Below are positions 12,521 to 24,829 of a DNA stretch of 64,000 bases, one piece after another. The notes beneath the pieces are model-generated. The model ran no database searches and was not told where the DNA came from. It saw only the letters and a program-made list of their open reading frames with translations. Source of the DNA: Saccostrea echinata (Eukaryota); contig NW_026889761.1 of the NCBI RefSeq assembly GCF_033153115.1, positions 13,392,001 through 13,456,000 on the forward strand, read 5' to 3'. The first letter of the stretch is position 1, and every line of letters begins with the position of its first letter. The position numbers and the translations under genes are program-made.

Positions 12521-15500
12521 ATATCACCTGCATACGGTGCTCGTCTCCCACCTTATTCGATACTCAAGAATATGCTCTGAGTTTTAAACAGAGGCTACTG
12601 ACAGACGAGTAAATGCTACAGGGATTTCAACAACCTCGTTTAAAGTCAACATTCTGTAAATTCTTCCGTCTTTATAATGACCTTGTCAACAAATATAACT
12701 TATCATTTGGTTATATTTTGACTGACATATTCCATACCAATTGTTAAGCCTTTGTTTTTATTCCAAATTTGACGACGGAATATTGCGTCTACCTAATCAA
12801 TACATAGGGCTGACAGCAGGTGTGACTAATAGACAAGGGATTCTTAATCCTCTAAGGCACCTGATTTCCGGGTGGATGCGTATTTTTTGCCCTGTTTACA
12901 TTTTTATTGTCTGTAGTTTATTTTTTTTACATCCACCACTCTTTGTTACCTTCAACTTTTTCACTATAGTTAAGATCGATGACAAATATTCCTCGTCAAT
13001 ATTCAATCCAGTGAAAAACTGAAAAAATAAGGAAGCTCAAAGTGCTAGCAATTTATGTTAAGAGACAAAATGTGCTTTGATAAAAAGCAAGACGTCCATG
13101 CACAAACACTCAAGTGAGTCACCAGAGTCACCTTGGTCTTGCTATTCTTAAAAAGTTTTCAAAGATTATTTCTCCTTTTTATTCCCATGAAAAAATTTTG
13201 TCCCCATCTTCTGATCTTATACTAAACCCAAAGAGTCATTAAATAACATAACCTGAATTCACACAAAGAGCTAGGTTCACTTTATGCATAAAATGGCCCT
13301 GTCCTTAGATCAATTAATTGACCATCACCCTCTGTCCCATATCATATATCAAAATAAAATAGAGACTTTGTTCTTTCATTTCCTATAACAAAATATCTTT
13401 TTGGGGATCCAGGTATTGGATAACAGGCTTTGAGAAAGTGCAATGTTCTTGAATTTCACAGAAAACATGTGTATTTGACTATCTTTAGCAAAGAACTAAA
13501 ATATGAGCACAGCCCACGATCCAAAAATTAAAACATGTTTTATAATCTTCAGAAACAGATCTATCTGTATGTAATTGCATATTTTGGATCAGAGGTTGTG
13601 CTCTATATGAAATATCGAAAAAATAATTCAATTTTGGGCCATTTTTAAAGGAATTTACAGGATATGGGGAAAATGACGCATTCTATGACGTCATAATGCA
13701 TTGACTAGAGAGAAAATTACGTCATGTTCAATAGATACACGTTCACCAAGGATCAAAGTGATAAATACTGCATTTTAAACCAAAACTGAGCAGTTTTGAT
13801 TTTTCAGAAATTCTCAGGGCCAAAAAAGGCCCTAAGTGGCTCTTGCTCTTTGGATACTTTAATATTATGAGAAAATAGCCTTGCTGTTCTGGAGAAGACT
13901 TTTAAAGAATACTTTCCTTGTGTACATATATATGTGAAATTTGATCCCCGATTTTAACTAAAGAACTTTGATTGGTTGCATACAAGTATGGTTTACGTGG
14001 CCCTGCTACTATTGAAAATATATTTATTTTTAATTTTCTGTCTATTCTCATGTAAAAATTAGGATACCTTTTACTCTCTGTGCCAAGATTTGGACAGATA
14101 TGAATCTACTCAATAATAGAACACTAGCAAATTAGTAACTTATCACTGCTCTGTTATTTTTGGGAAGTTTTCCCTCATAATTTTACCTAAAATACTGAAA
14201 GTTCATCTAATACTATTGAGGAGAAAAGTTACATTTGTTTGGTGACCAGGGGCTGTTGTGGTCTCAGGATAAGTTTTTATTCGTAATCTGATAAATTCAT
14301 GGGATAACTATCTTGTTAGTGTTATTCCATTTCGAATATCCATACTGCACACTATCCATGTATTTTTTTTCAATAATTTAGAGTAAAAGTGAGGATGAAT
14401 CATTTTCACTCAACACTGCAGAATTTAAAAAAGAAAAAGATCAATAATGTTTCTGAACACTTATATGCTTCAGAACCAAGGAGATTGTAAGAAGATAAGG
14501 AATTGGTAAATTATACCAATTTCAAAGTGCCACTATTTGACAAATCGACATATATCTATAATCGCTGTAAAACAGTGATAGGTGTTTACAGAGACACAAC
14601 GCATTCTTATTATATTCTGAGTGAATTTCAGTAGCAATTAGAGATGGACGCTCTCAGTTTCTCTGTTGAGATTGACGAGCGGACGTGATGGATAAGAATG
14701 CAAGCTTTCTATGTTAATATCCGATAAACTAATGCTCTTCAGCTTCATTTATCTTCAATATCCAGAAAACCCATCTTCTCATCTGGCATTTCTTATTACC
14801 CCTCTCCCCTTTTTTAGCACCTCTGTATACAAATAATGGACACTCTTTTCCAAATCAATGTGTTTTACAAATGATTCCAGATTCTGAAATGTCAAGAAAT
14901 TTATGATTAATTACATAGAATAATTTTAACTTTAAGTGTTGCATTATTGGCAAGTCAATGAGGAAATTGAAACTTAACAAGAGATAAAAAATGAATGGAA
15001 ATTGAAACTTAACAAGAGAAAAAAACACCCAAGAAACTGTTTATAATTAACTATTATATAAATGAACTGGGCATTGAAATCATACATTGAAAAGTAAAAT
15101 ACGTGTCAAATAAAAGGAGAACCTTTTCATTACATTAAAAGAATCAAAATGACTTGAAAAATAAGATGAAAGATCAAGTATTTCACTTCCCTGAATCTTT
15201 TAGATAATGACCTCAATATCTCTTACATAGCTGACTATGAAGAGGATTGGCAGTCTTATAAGATGAAACCAAATAAGTGGGATAATGCTCAAGGCATGAG
15301 ACGATTATTTCCAAAGCATACAAAGAAGCAATAAAATAATTAATATGAAATAGTAAACTTATATAACATTGTCAGTATGGGTTAAGTGAGGAAAAAGTAA
15401 ACTTACTGGTTGTGGGTTTGTGGTATCCTTTATAAGCCGATGTGTGTTATACTGTATGTATTATTGTTGAAATGATTTTAAGAGAAATTTTCTCATAATT

Positions 15501-16006
15501 TGATCTCTCTTGAATTCCTCTTTTTAAAGAAATAAAACATGCTGTAGTCCATTACCTTGCAATCAGTTTTCTCAATGATGACCAGTTTTAGTTTTAGTTG
15601 ATTGCTGAAAACACAGATTCGTATAGACAAAATATCTTAAGCAAAGACTTAATATGAACCCGCATTTTATCATTCGTTGATGTTTTAAATTCCATTGTAT
15701 AAATTACGCACTAATTTGACAATATTATTAAATGATATTTTAAAAAAAAATCTTGCTTACAAAATTACGCATCCAAAATTTATCTTTTACTTCAATTTTG
15801 TGAGAATATTGCTATGAATTGAAACATAATTGTGAAATTAATTTTCAGAAACAAGTAATAAATTGGATTTGATTTAAGAAACCTCAGGCGTTAATGATAC
15901 AATATATAAAGAGAGAAGATGTAGGAATGAAAAAATGTGATACTTTCTCATGTACCAAACAAGAAAGACATCATAAAAATAATAATCTATTTTGAGAATG
16001 TTGGCA

Positions 16007-16418
16007 TAATTCAGCCCCCCTGCATGATCCTAATTCTGCCCCCTGCATGATCCTAATTCTGCCCCTATATGATCCTAATTCTGCCCCCTATATGATCCTA
16101 ATTCTGCCCCCTACATGATCCTAATTCTGCCCCCTACATGATCCTAATTCTGCCCCCCATATGATCCTAATTCAGCCCCCTGCATGATCCTAATTCTGCC
16201 CCCTACATGATCCTAATTCTGCCCCCTACATGATCCTAATTCTGCCCCCTACACGATCCTAATTCTGCCCCCTACATGATCCTAATTCTGCCCCTACATG
16301 ATCCTAATTCTGCCCCTACATGATCCTAATTCTGCCCCCTATATGATCCTAATTCTGCCCCCTACATGATCCTAATTCTGCCCCCTACATGATCCTAATT
16401 CTGCCCCCTACATGATCC
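16007..16418 (+). repeat. Minisatellite, 18 x 22-24 bp, consensus TAATTCTGCCCCCTACATGATCC
   Basis: Units counted directly, with no spacers between them. Confidence 0.97.
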
Positions 16419-16516
16419 CATGATGTCTCAGAGGTTCGTGTTTGCTCTGCTCCTATTTTGTAATGATTAATGGAAATTTGAGCTCGAAGACTGTTCGTTA
16501 TCTCCACATATTTCAT
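16414..16516 (+). mobile_element. Penelope-like (Naiad-type) extreme 3' fragment
   Basis: GATCC...TGATGT...GAGGTTCGTGTTTGCTCTGCTCCTATTTT...CTGTTCGTTATCTCCACATATTTCAT matches 31607-31712. Confidence 0.85.
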
Positions 16517-16871
16517 GCAGCATAAATTATGACAACATACAAGAAAATGATATCTACATGCAAAAAAATTAAGTTAATATGCAAATTACCAATTATTTTA
16601 AAAAGTCTGATTTTAATGTTGGTAAATTAAATTACAACTCTCTTCTTATATACTAATTATCATCTTAATTTAGATTTGCACTACAAATGGAATGCGTAGT
16701 TGACCATTACGGAGTTTTAAGACATAAGATTTTCAATTGGTCAAAAAAGAGGAACAGTAGTTCCTGATTGTTATCATGTCACGTTATAGTCCTATATTGA
16801 AAACAAAGTTACGGCAAACATCGTTACATAATGTGTCTTTTTCCCCTGACTGACAATTCTGGATATTTTAA

Positions 16872-16874
<3 letters not shown>

Positions 16875-16923
<49 letters not shown>
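16875..16923. repeat. (CT)n microsatellite
   Basis: Direct observation. Confidence 0.95.
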
Positions 16924-16927
<4 letters not shown>

Positions 16928-17200
16928 TTAAATTTTAATCAAATTGGATATTGTTAAATGAAAATCATTGAAGTGATTACACAATTACATATTTCTGATA
17001 TCATTTTCAGAGACATTTTTTCTTTGTTGCTATTGATCATGATAAATCTATCATTGACAAGTTTTAAAGTTAATAGCTAAAACGTTATTATGGGCACATG
17101 TGAAAAGAGTTCTCTAAAAATGGTGAAAATATTCAATTTTCTATTTAGAGGACCGTCTGGAAGAGTTCACTTTAAACTTACTGAAAGTGTATATTCCAGG

Positions 17201-17235
<35 letters not shown>

Positions 17236-18528
17236 TTGTTATTCATGTAGCACCGAGACTTTGTTAAAAATTGGGCTGAATCATACATCATACATATATG
17301 TCGTGCAATATTGCTGTAATGTAGTAATACCTATTTTAATTTTTATTATATTTAAATGTTTTATAGAACTGAATACCGGGGTAATTAATTTTCAACAGAC
17401 AGTTTTAGTCAATTGATTTTTTTCTTAGATTAATATTAGATTAAAATAGAAATTCTCTTGATTTTTCTGACTTAATAAAAAGAGAAAAATTTCATTATAC
17501 TGGCTTCAGATCTTATGACATTTTAAGTCTCTAAGTGACAGAAAATCAAAGATTTTTTTTAATTCAAGTTAAAATTAGCGAAATAAATCAGAATTATGCA
17601 CCCCAAAAGTTAAGATCAATGTTCAGAATCTTGTAGAACCCAATGATAGATCTTTCTAAAGCTGTTTCAAGTAATTTTGCGATGACTTTGAGTCATAAGG
17701 GACCGTGAGCCCACGCCGAGTGCTGACGAAACAAAGAAATTGATATCTTAGATATTTTACACATGGGACTAAGATTTTCGCATACGGTTTTGTGTCATTT
17801 CTTGAAACAAAGACCTTTACTTACAATCAAAATCATGGTGATTAGGTTACAATGAAAACTTGCGAAAAAGTGTTGTAAATGGGGGGTATTAAAAGAGCAA
17901 ATATAAATTATTACATTCATTCCGAATTAATTTACTTTGTTGTTTTTGCAAATACACACTATTATAGACTTAATCATGGATTATGCTGTTACCGAATTCG
18001 ATGTTGAATCTTCATTGTAAAAATTGAAACGCGAAAAAATCATTCAATGCTTTCAAATATAAATTCAGTAGCTACATATTTGAAGACCCCTCCCCCCTCT
18101 TCAAGTGTGAATGCAATTATCTTGAAAACATCAAAAATGTTTTGCAAATAAAGGGGGCCGTGTTTTTGTCCTCTTCACAATTTGTATTTATAAAGGGATT
18201 TATGTAATCTATCACTATTAGATACCAATACCATTTTCATTGAACCTTCACGAAAATTGTAATTCGTTACAAAGTTACAAAATTAGTTCAATAGTCATCT
18301 TTAAAGTAACTTTATTTTAAAAAAAAACTGATTTTAAATGATGCTGTGGTTATCATGTATATTGATCCGTCAATCTGGTCTCCGTTTGGTGTTGTTTGCA
18401 TTCATGTTCAGTCTATTGACAACATAGTACATGGGCTTTTTAACAAAAGACAAATACACACCAAAGCCAAAGGATAAATACAATGACTTTATAATATTTA
18501 TGTCTACACGATGCTATAAAAGCATATT

Positions 18529-18996
18529 AATAAGCATTCTGAAAGTATTGCATTAGCAATACTAGTCCCCTACCGGCAAGTGTAATCTGGTTCTCGTTAA
18601 AATTTGAAAATGCTATAATTCCGTTAAAAATCATTGAAGCAGAACGAAATGCAAACTTAATCTATAAGTAATTAAGGTTAAGTCACATACCAACCAAAAA
18701 TCAGCTCAATATCTACAAGCGTTCAGAAAAAAATCGCGGAAAACCCTTAAAAATTGAAAAGGTCATAATTCCGTTAAAAATCAATGAAGCGAAAGGAAAT
18801 GCAAACTTGGTCTGTAACTCATCAAGATATACTCACATACCAAAAATCAGCTCAATATCTGCAAGCGTTTAGGAAAACAGTGCGGAAAACCAAGTGGGAC
18901 AGACTGACAGATAGACAGAGGGACAGAACAGACAGACGGACGGACAGACTCAGAGGAAACCTATAGACCCCTCCGGTTTCACCGGTAGGGGACTAA
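18529..18996 (+). mobile_element. Helentron-type non-autonomous element (HINE), copy 1
   Basis: Subterminal AGTCCCCTACCGG, internal satellite-like tandem units, a GACA/GACG microsatellite and a terminal palindrome CCGGTTTCACCGG-TAGGGGACT. Confidence 0.8.
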
Positions 18997-19085
18997 CTAG
19001 GCTTGCAAAAAATTATGTGAAGTTTGAAGCGTTTGAGGGAAAGCGTTACATGATTATGCAATACTAGGAAACAATAAAAATGTTC

Positions 19086-19484
19086 TTTTTAGTCCCCTAC
19101 CGGTGAAACCGGAGGGGACTATAGGTTTCTTCTGAGTCTGTCCGTCCGTCTGTCTGTCTGTCTGTCTGTCCCTCTGGTATGTGAGTGTATCTTGATGAGT
19201 TACAGATCAAGTTTGCATTTCGTTCCGCTTCAATGATTTTTAACGGAATTACGACCTTTTCAATTTTTCAGGGTTTTCCGCAATTTTTTTCTAAACGCTT
19301 GCAGATAATGAGCTGATTTTTGGTATATGACTTATCCTTGATAAGTTATAAATCAAGTTTGCATTTCGTTCCGCTTCACTGGTTTTTGATGGATTTATGG
19401 CATTATTATTTTTTATCGGGAACCAAATTACATTTGCCGGTAGGGGACTAGTATTGCTAATGCAATACTCTCAGAATGCTTGTT
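19086..19484 (-). mobile_element. Helentron-type non-autonomous element (HINE), copy 2, inverted
   Basis: Reverse complement of 18529-18996 with scattered substitutions and deletions. Confidence 0.8.
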
Positions 19485-19591
19485 CATATTGCAAAAACAT
19501 ATATGCTAAGCGGGTTATGGAAATTTATTTGTACGATGACTGCAACCGTCAAACCCCTTATAATAGAATGGGAGACATTTCATGTTTATTA

Positions 19592-20169
19592 TTTTTCCTT
19601 AATCCAAGATTCGGGGATATATAGTTTTTGGATTGTCCGTCTGTTTGTCTGTTAATCTGTTTGGTTGCAAATATTTTAACCTTGCCCTAACTTTTAAATG
19701 GTTTTAAAGGGCTTTCATATTTCATATGTATATTTCATGTGTCGTGACCTTTCTTTAATCATCAACATCTTTTACCTTTCGACCTTGACCTTTGAGATTT
19801 ACCTACTTTGAAAAACTTTTCTTTGGCCATTACTTTTGAACAGTGGGAGCTAAGTCTTTCATATATCACATGTGTATTCTTTGTGACAAGATCTTTCCTT
19901 TGGTGCCATTATTTTTAATCACCGTGACATTTATCTTGGAGCATGACCTACTTTTTGACAAACTTTAACCTTAGCCATATTTCCTGAATGGTTGGTACTA
20001 CGTATTTATTTTTCGCATGTGTATTTCCTGTTACAAGACCTTTCTTTAGGTATCAATATTTCTGAACACTTGGCCTTGGCCTTCGAGTTTGACCTACATT
20101 TGAAAAAATCTTTAATCTTGATCTTGAGCTGCCATTCGGGGGGATCAGTATTTCACATACACGTCTTGT
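19592..20169. mobile_element. Degenerate HINE-type element of another family
   Basis: Begins with a hairpin and a GTCY microsatellite, contains repeated GACCTTGACC/TGACCTACTTT units and ends ...CACATACACGTCTTGT. Confidence 0.55.
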
Positions 20170-21014
20170 ATTTACAATTGTTTTTAGATTCATTTAAAAT
20201 GAAGTACTTAAGATATTCTATTATCGATGCGTTCGTTCAAAAGAGGCGTAGAACAGTTGACCTATTCGGGATTAGATATGGCTTTAAAAAAAAAAAAAAA
20301 AAAAAAAAAGGATCTTACTAGTTTAGAAGTAAATTGTATATATTACTTCAAATAGACAGCAATATAGTTTTCATTAGAAATAATGGAGAAAATAGTGTGA
20401 CAGCGGATTTTGATATATTGTGCACTGTATACCTAACTTATCAAGACAAAGGTATTGAACTTAAAACAAGACAGATTTAACATAGGAAACATCGGGGATA
20501 AAAAAATTCAGTTAACTTCTTTTGAAATGAACATTGAATTAGTGCAGCTTTTGAAATAACTATTTATCACCACAAGATTTAATTGAAATCACTCCTCAAG
20601 TAATTCTTAAAGATCATGAATATTGATTATTGATTTCCTTACTTGGTGTTATAGTTAAGTAAGAGTTACATGTAAACCGAAACAACAGTGTGAATGAACT
20701 TTTAGAGTGATTCAATGAATCACATGTATCAGTGGTATAAACTGATGCCAGGTGAATGATTACGTTGCTTTATATAGTGTGTGTTTGTGTATGAGGGGAA
20801 AATATCATATCATCACAGGAACTGTTTTAAATACGAGTACCTGGTATTTATTTCACAACAATTGTTTTCATAGTTAAAATACTGAGGCTGTTGATTGTAT
20901 TACATAGCCAAGCATACTCTGACGTATATTTGATGTGATCGTTGTTATTTAAAGAACTTTTTTTCCCTTCTAGATACAGATACATTGTGATGGAACGCTA
21001 GCTTGATTTCAGCA

Positions 21015-22127
21015 ATGAATTATAGTCAACATTTGAACGTTAGCAATGGAACTGCTAGTTTTAGAGACAACATGGACTTATTCGAACCACCGGACCTTCC
21101 GGAACAATTACGATATGCAGCCTACGTTCTGAATGAGTACAGCATCCCCGTGCTTTTCTCGGTGGGAGTGTGTTTGAACATAATAATAATCATCAGCTTT
21201 CTGTCCACAGAGTTAAGCAGAGTGTCACCTTGCCTGTACTTTGTAGCTCTAGCATTTGTTGATATCACCTATCTGCTGCAAATGATGGTCCCCTGGGCCT
21301 CAAGTAGAGTCTATAACATATACGCTGTGGCGGGAATTTGTCAGCTGACCTACTACTTCCATTATCTGAGTACCTTTATGGAGTGGTGGCTGATGGTATT
21401 GATGATGATAGAAAGGTCTTTGGTACTTTTGAACCGTAAAAAAGCAAAGGTGTTATGCAGTCCATTTCGCACAAAGTGTATCATTATTTCTATGTGCGTC
21501 TTTTCCGTTGTGTCTCATTTGTATTTAACGTGGACGAGTGCCGTGATAAAAATTCGAAATGTCGATAACTGCATAATCATTCCAGAAAACCTGAAGAATA
21601 TATTTTTGCTGAGAAAAATTGATGTTTTCTTTTCATTTATCGTTCCCTCCCTGTGTCTGTATGTTCTGTTGACGACATGCATTATCAAGCTCTGTGACAA
21701 TCGAAGAAATGGAGACAGACGCCCGTCACCATGTCATAGTAGTCGACGATCTAACTGTAGTCGACGACCGAGCAATTTAGACCCTGAAGACAGAAGGATG
21801 ATTTACCTTAAAAAGTTTTATCCTAAAGTGTTCATGAGAAGTGAGAGATTGACAGTCACTTGTTGTATTTTGTCAGCCATTTTCCTCATCTTATGTGTGC
21901 CTTTTGACTCACTGAGGACGCGACTGACCTTTGAGGTACAGCCTGACTATTTAGACCAGAAATGGTTAGAATTCCTCAGTGTCTTTTCGGCCTTTAATTA
22001 CACCTATAAAGCCTTTCTGTATTTTATTGCCATTAAGGAGTTTCGGCAAACTATTTGGATTTTGTTGAAAAAGATAATTTCACCATGCAGTAATACAAAA
22101 CTTTCTCTTAAATTTCAACTCATGTGA
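21015..22127 (+). CDS. Rhodopsin-family (class A) GPCR, peptide/FMRFamide-receptor-like orphan, 370 aa, single coding exon
   Basis: Seven hydrophobic segments, with TM1 GxxxN, TM2 LAxxD, TM3 Cys and ERS at the DRY position, ECL2 Cys, TM5 FxxP and TM6 FxxxxxP. N-terminal N-glycosylation sequons. First in-frame ATG at 21015; splice acceptor TTTTTTCCCTTCTAG ends at 20973. Confidence 0.92.
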   Translation: MNYSQHLNVSNGTASFRDNMDLFEPPDLPEQLRYAAYVLNEYSIPVLFSVGVCLNIIIIISFLSTELSRVSPCLYFVALAFVDITYLLQMMVPWASSRVYNIYAVAGICQLTYYFHYLSTFMEWWLMVLMMIERSLVLLNRKKAKVLCSPFRTKCIIISMCVFSVVSHLYLTWTSAVIKIRNVDNCIIIPENLKNIFLLRKIDVFFSFIVPSLCLYVLLTTCIIKLCDNRRNGDRRPSPCHSSRRSNCSRRPSNLDPEDRRMIYLKKFYPKVFMRSERLTVTCCILSAIFLILCVPFDSLRTRLTFEVQPDYLDQKWLEFLSVFSAFNYTYKAFLYFIAIKEFRQTIWILLKKIISPCSNTKLSLKFQLM

Positions 22128-22588
22128 AATACAATCAAATCTGGATTAGCGACATAGACTATATAGCAAGATATTCTCAAAGGTCACCTATTATTTCCCT
22201 GAACGTTGGTATTTATGTGAACTAAGCAATTAAATACATATATGACTCAACTAGCAACTTTACATGTATTTCTTTTAGTCATTATTTAGCACATTAGTCA
22301 TCATCTAGCATGATCATGAAATAGGTATAAATGTAAAATTATCCTCGAATAAAGATTAAGCCACCTATTAACACACCTTTTAACGATTTTTCTTGATATA
22401 TTGCTAAACAAAGGTTTGACAGAGTGTCGAATTATATATATTTTGCATTTGAGGTGAATAAAATCATATTCAAAGTTAAATTCTATAGTTACCTTAGTAT
22501 CTGGTTTGTACGAAGAGTATCTAGTACATAACGACATGGTATTTCCTACTACGACATACAAATGTATTATCTGGTACGTACGACGTAA

Positions 22589-23892
22589 TAGCGATTCTCT
22601 GTTACCACTTCAACTTCTGCCACGCATGGTCACCGATTTTGATAAAACTTTGCCCATTTTTACAACTTGACACCAGAAACATACATCAAATAAAATTTCA
22701 TTGCTATGTGTCTTGGTTGCCATGGCAACAGCCAGAAAAGTTGGAAAAATTGAGCTTTTCAGCTAATTTGAATCTTTATTTAGCCTTAATAAAGACTTAG
22801 AGAAACAAACAAACCATTCTCACAAAAACATGACACCTTGTTGCCTCTTATGCCATAAAGAAACTATTTAGAATTTATCTCTAAGTAAGTGGTAACCATG
22901 GGTACATTTGGAATACAGTTTAGATGCTGAAAAACGCTCAATATTCACTAATGATAGGTGTTACATGATCAAACTCAATCAACAACCTAAGAAAAACAAT
23001 TAAAATATTTGACCTTAAGTAATTAGGTATGGCAATGTTATCCTAAAAATAACTTACATGGTTGCCATGAGAAACATATTATTTGACTCACCTTGAATAG
23101 TACTTATCTGGTATATCTAAAGTTGAATATCATATATTGATAAAGTTTGTTGAAAAATACAATAGAATATTTTTCAGTTTTTCATGCCTATTTTTTCGGC
23201 TAATTTCCATAGCAACGCTCTATTTAAAGAATTGAATTTGAATTTTTTGAAATGTGAAAATTAGGGTCACACCAACGCCTTTAAAAATTGATCATCAGTT
23301 ATATAGAAATATGCTTTTTAAAAATATAGGATAAGATTAAAATACTAAGAGAGTAAATTTAAAATCTCTTCCTAGTATTAAAACCATGGCAACCATTGCC
23401 AACCTATAAGAAATATCATATTTCGTCCTTGGTATATGTTACAAGGATCTTTTGTCTATTATTTGCGTGCATTTCAACCTATAATGGTTTTTATTCTTAC
23501 GTCTATGACTTTTTAAAATTAAATGAACAAAATTATTACTTTTGAATACTTGTTTCCATAGTAACCTGTGTAATAGTTGATTTACCAAACATGTTTATCA
23601 TGCATTTAAGAAATCAGGCCTTTAACTTTCAGAAACAGTCATTGTCACTTGTTTGCTTTGCTACAAACGTTAACTGTGAGACTCTGAACATGTTGAAAAA
23701 TGCCATTTTTCAAACTTTAGGACATGTTGCTATGGTAACCATGACACGTAGCAACCAGTTTAGCAACCAGTTTATGCCTGATTTGAGTTTACGTAATCAA
23801 AGACTTTTATCATAAAGAGTTTAGAGAAATTCTGAGACTATGCGTGCCATAGCTCCTATATAAAAGTTCAAGTCATTACAGAGAATGGCTCT
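22589..23892. mobile_element. Second, internally deleted and inverted copy of the 9241-10979 element
   Basis: Long near-identical reverse-complement blocks (for example the spurious ORFs 9341-9529 and 23591-23815). It ends GAGAATGGCTCT-TTAA. Confidence 0.88.
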
Positions 23893-23908
23893 TTAAAATT
23901 GTTAAATT

Positions 23909-24200
23909 TGTACGTTTGTTGTATAACGTCCCTCTCGAGAATTTTTCACTCATATGGAGACGCCACCACTTGCCAGTGGAGGGCTGCGAATTTAGACCTA
24001 TACTCGGCACTCAAGGCAATTGCACAGTGAGGGATCTTTTACGTGCAAGCACCTTACTGCGACACGGGACCTCGCTTTATATGGGCTCATCAGAAGGACC
24101 GGTCTCCATGTCACGCAGTGGGATTCGAACCCGCAACTTAAGGATCAACTCCTGACACTGCGACTCTAGAGCTCTAACCACTGCGCCAAGCGGAGGACGA
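23909..24200 (-). mobile_element. tRNA-derived SINE (Deu/Nin-like central domain)
   Basis: The minus strand has A box TGGCGCAGTGGTTAG, B box GGTTCGAATCCC, the central GATGAG..GAGGTCCCGTGTC..GCACGTAAAAGATCCC domain, and a tail shared with 37611 and 48631. Confidence 0.8.
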
Positions 24201-24829
24201 CTTGTTAAGTCGTACATATGAGTTATTATGTTGTTCTTACGACTTAATATTTCAGAATTATTAAGCTCGAATGTACGACATATAATATCTCACATAAGAC
24301 ATATGAAGTATGTCGTACATACGACTTAGTATGTCGTGTTTTTTTTTCAAAATCTGTGTACAGCTGAAAACAAACACCATACCAATAAAACTCGCGAGGT
24401 CATTATGTAACAAAAGAGATGTAAAAGGTTACTTTGTTTAGTTTATTTCATGACGGAGAGATCTTTTACAAAGTTTGGGTCACAACTAAAACGTAATTCA
24501 TTTAAAATTCCATAAAATATCTAATTCTTTTACGGAACTCAACCCGCAATTATGATGTGTCTCACAAACCCAGGCCTGGGGTGATGGTAATGTGTAACGG
24601 TAATGCATTGAATCTTTACATTTTTTTCAAAGTAATGGGATGTAATTTGTAATCGACCTTTTTTCAATTACAAGTACATGTAATTTATTGCATAATTTTC
24701 AAAGAAATGTGAATAATAGCAATTATTTTTCAATACATTTTGTTGTATTTTACCAACTAATATTTATTTTTAGACGAATTTGCCACAAATTTAACTCACT
24801 GAGAGGTGATTTTCTTTTTATTCAAAATG

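Larger units (their letters stand above)
9066..12870 (+). mobile_element. Penelope-like (Naiad-type) RT copy split into three pieces by two insertions
   Basis: Three collinear pieces: 9066-9240 (ILKNSKELL..IKTYDFSTLYT), 10980-11427 (RKFSYLVI..MGFNCAPLLAD..FPYLCSNIPL) and 12523-12870 (SPAYG.., 3' UTR). They match the longer copy at 29884-31712 in order. Confidence 0.8.
15999..16630 (+). mobile_element. End of a CATG/GAC-repeat non-autonomous element (IS3EU-like terminus), interrupted
   Basis: After removing the insert between CTGCAT (about 16025) and GCAGC (16517), the sequence aligns with the reverse complement of 25825-25970 (GTTGGCATATTTCTGCCCCCTACATGCAACATAAATCATG...). Confidence 0.7.

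Noticed and set aside
16007-16418. CRISPR or telomeric array
   Set aside because: The units are contiguous with no spacers and are not TTAGGG. The unit is explained by a transposon junction.
21003-21014. TTG start given by the ORF track for the GPCR
   Set aside because: This is a eukaryotic gene, and the first in-frame ATG is at 21015.
24060-24105. Hammerhead ribozyme in the SINE (minus strand CTGATGAG...)
   Set aside because: The required GAAA after stem II is absent (CGAGG instead), and sister copies read CGGATGAG or TGGATGAG.
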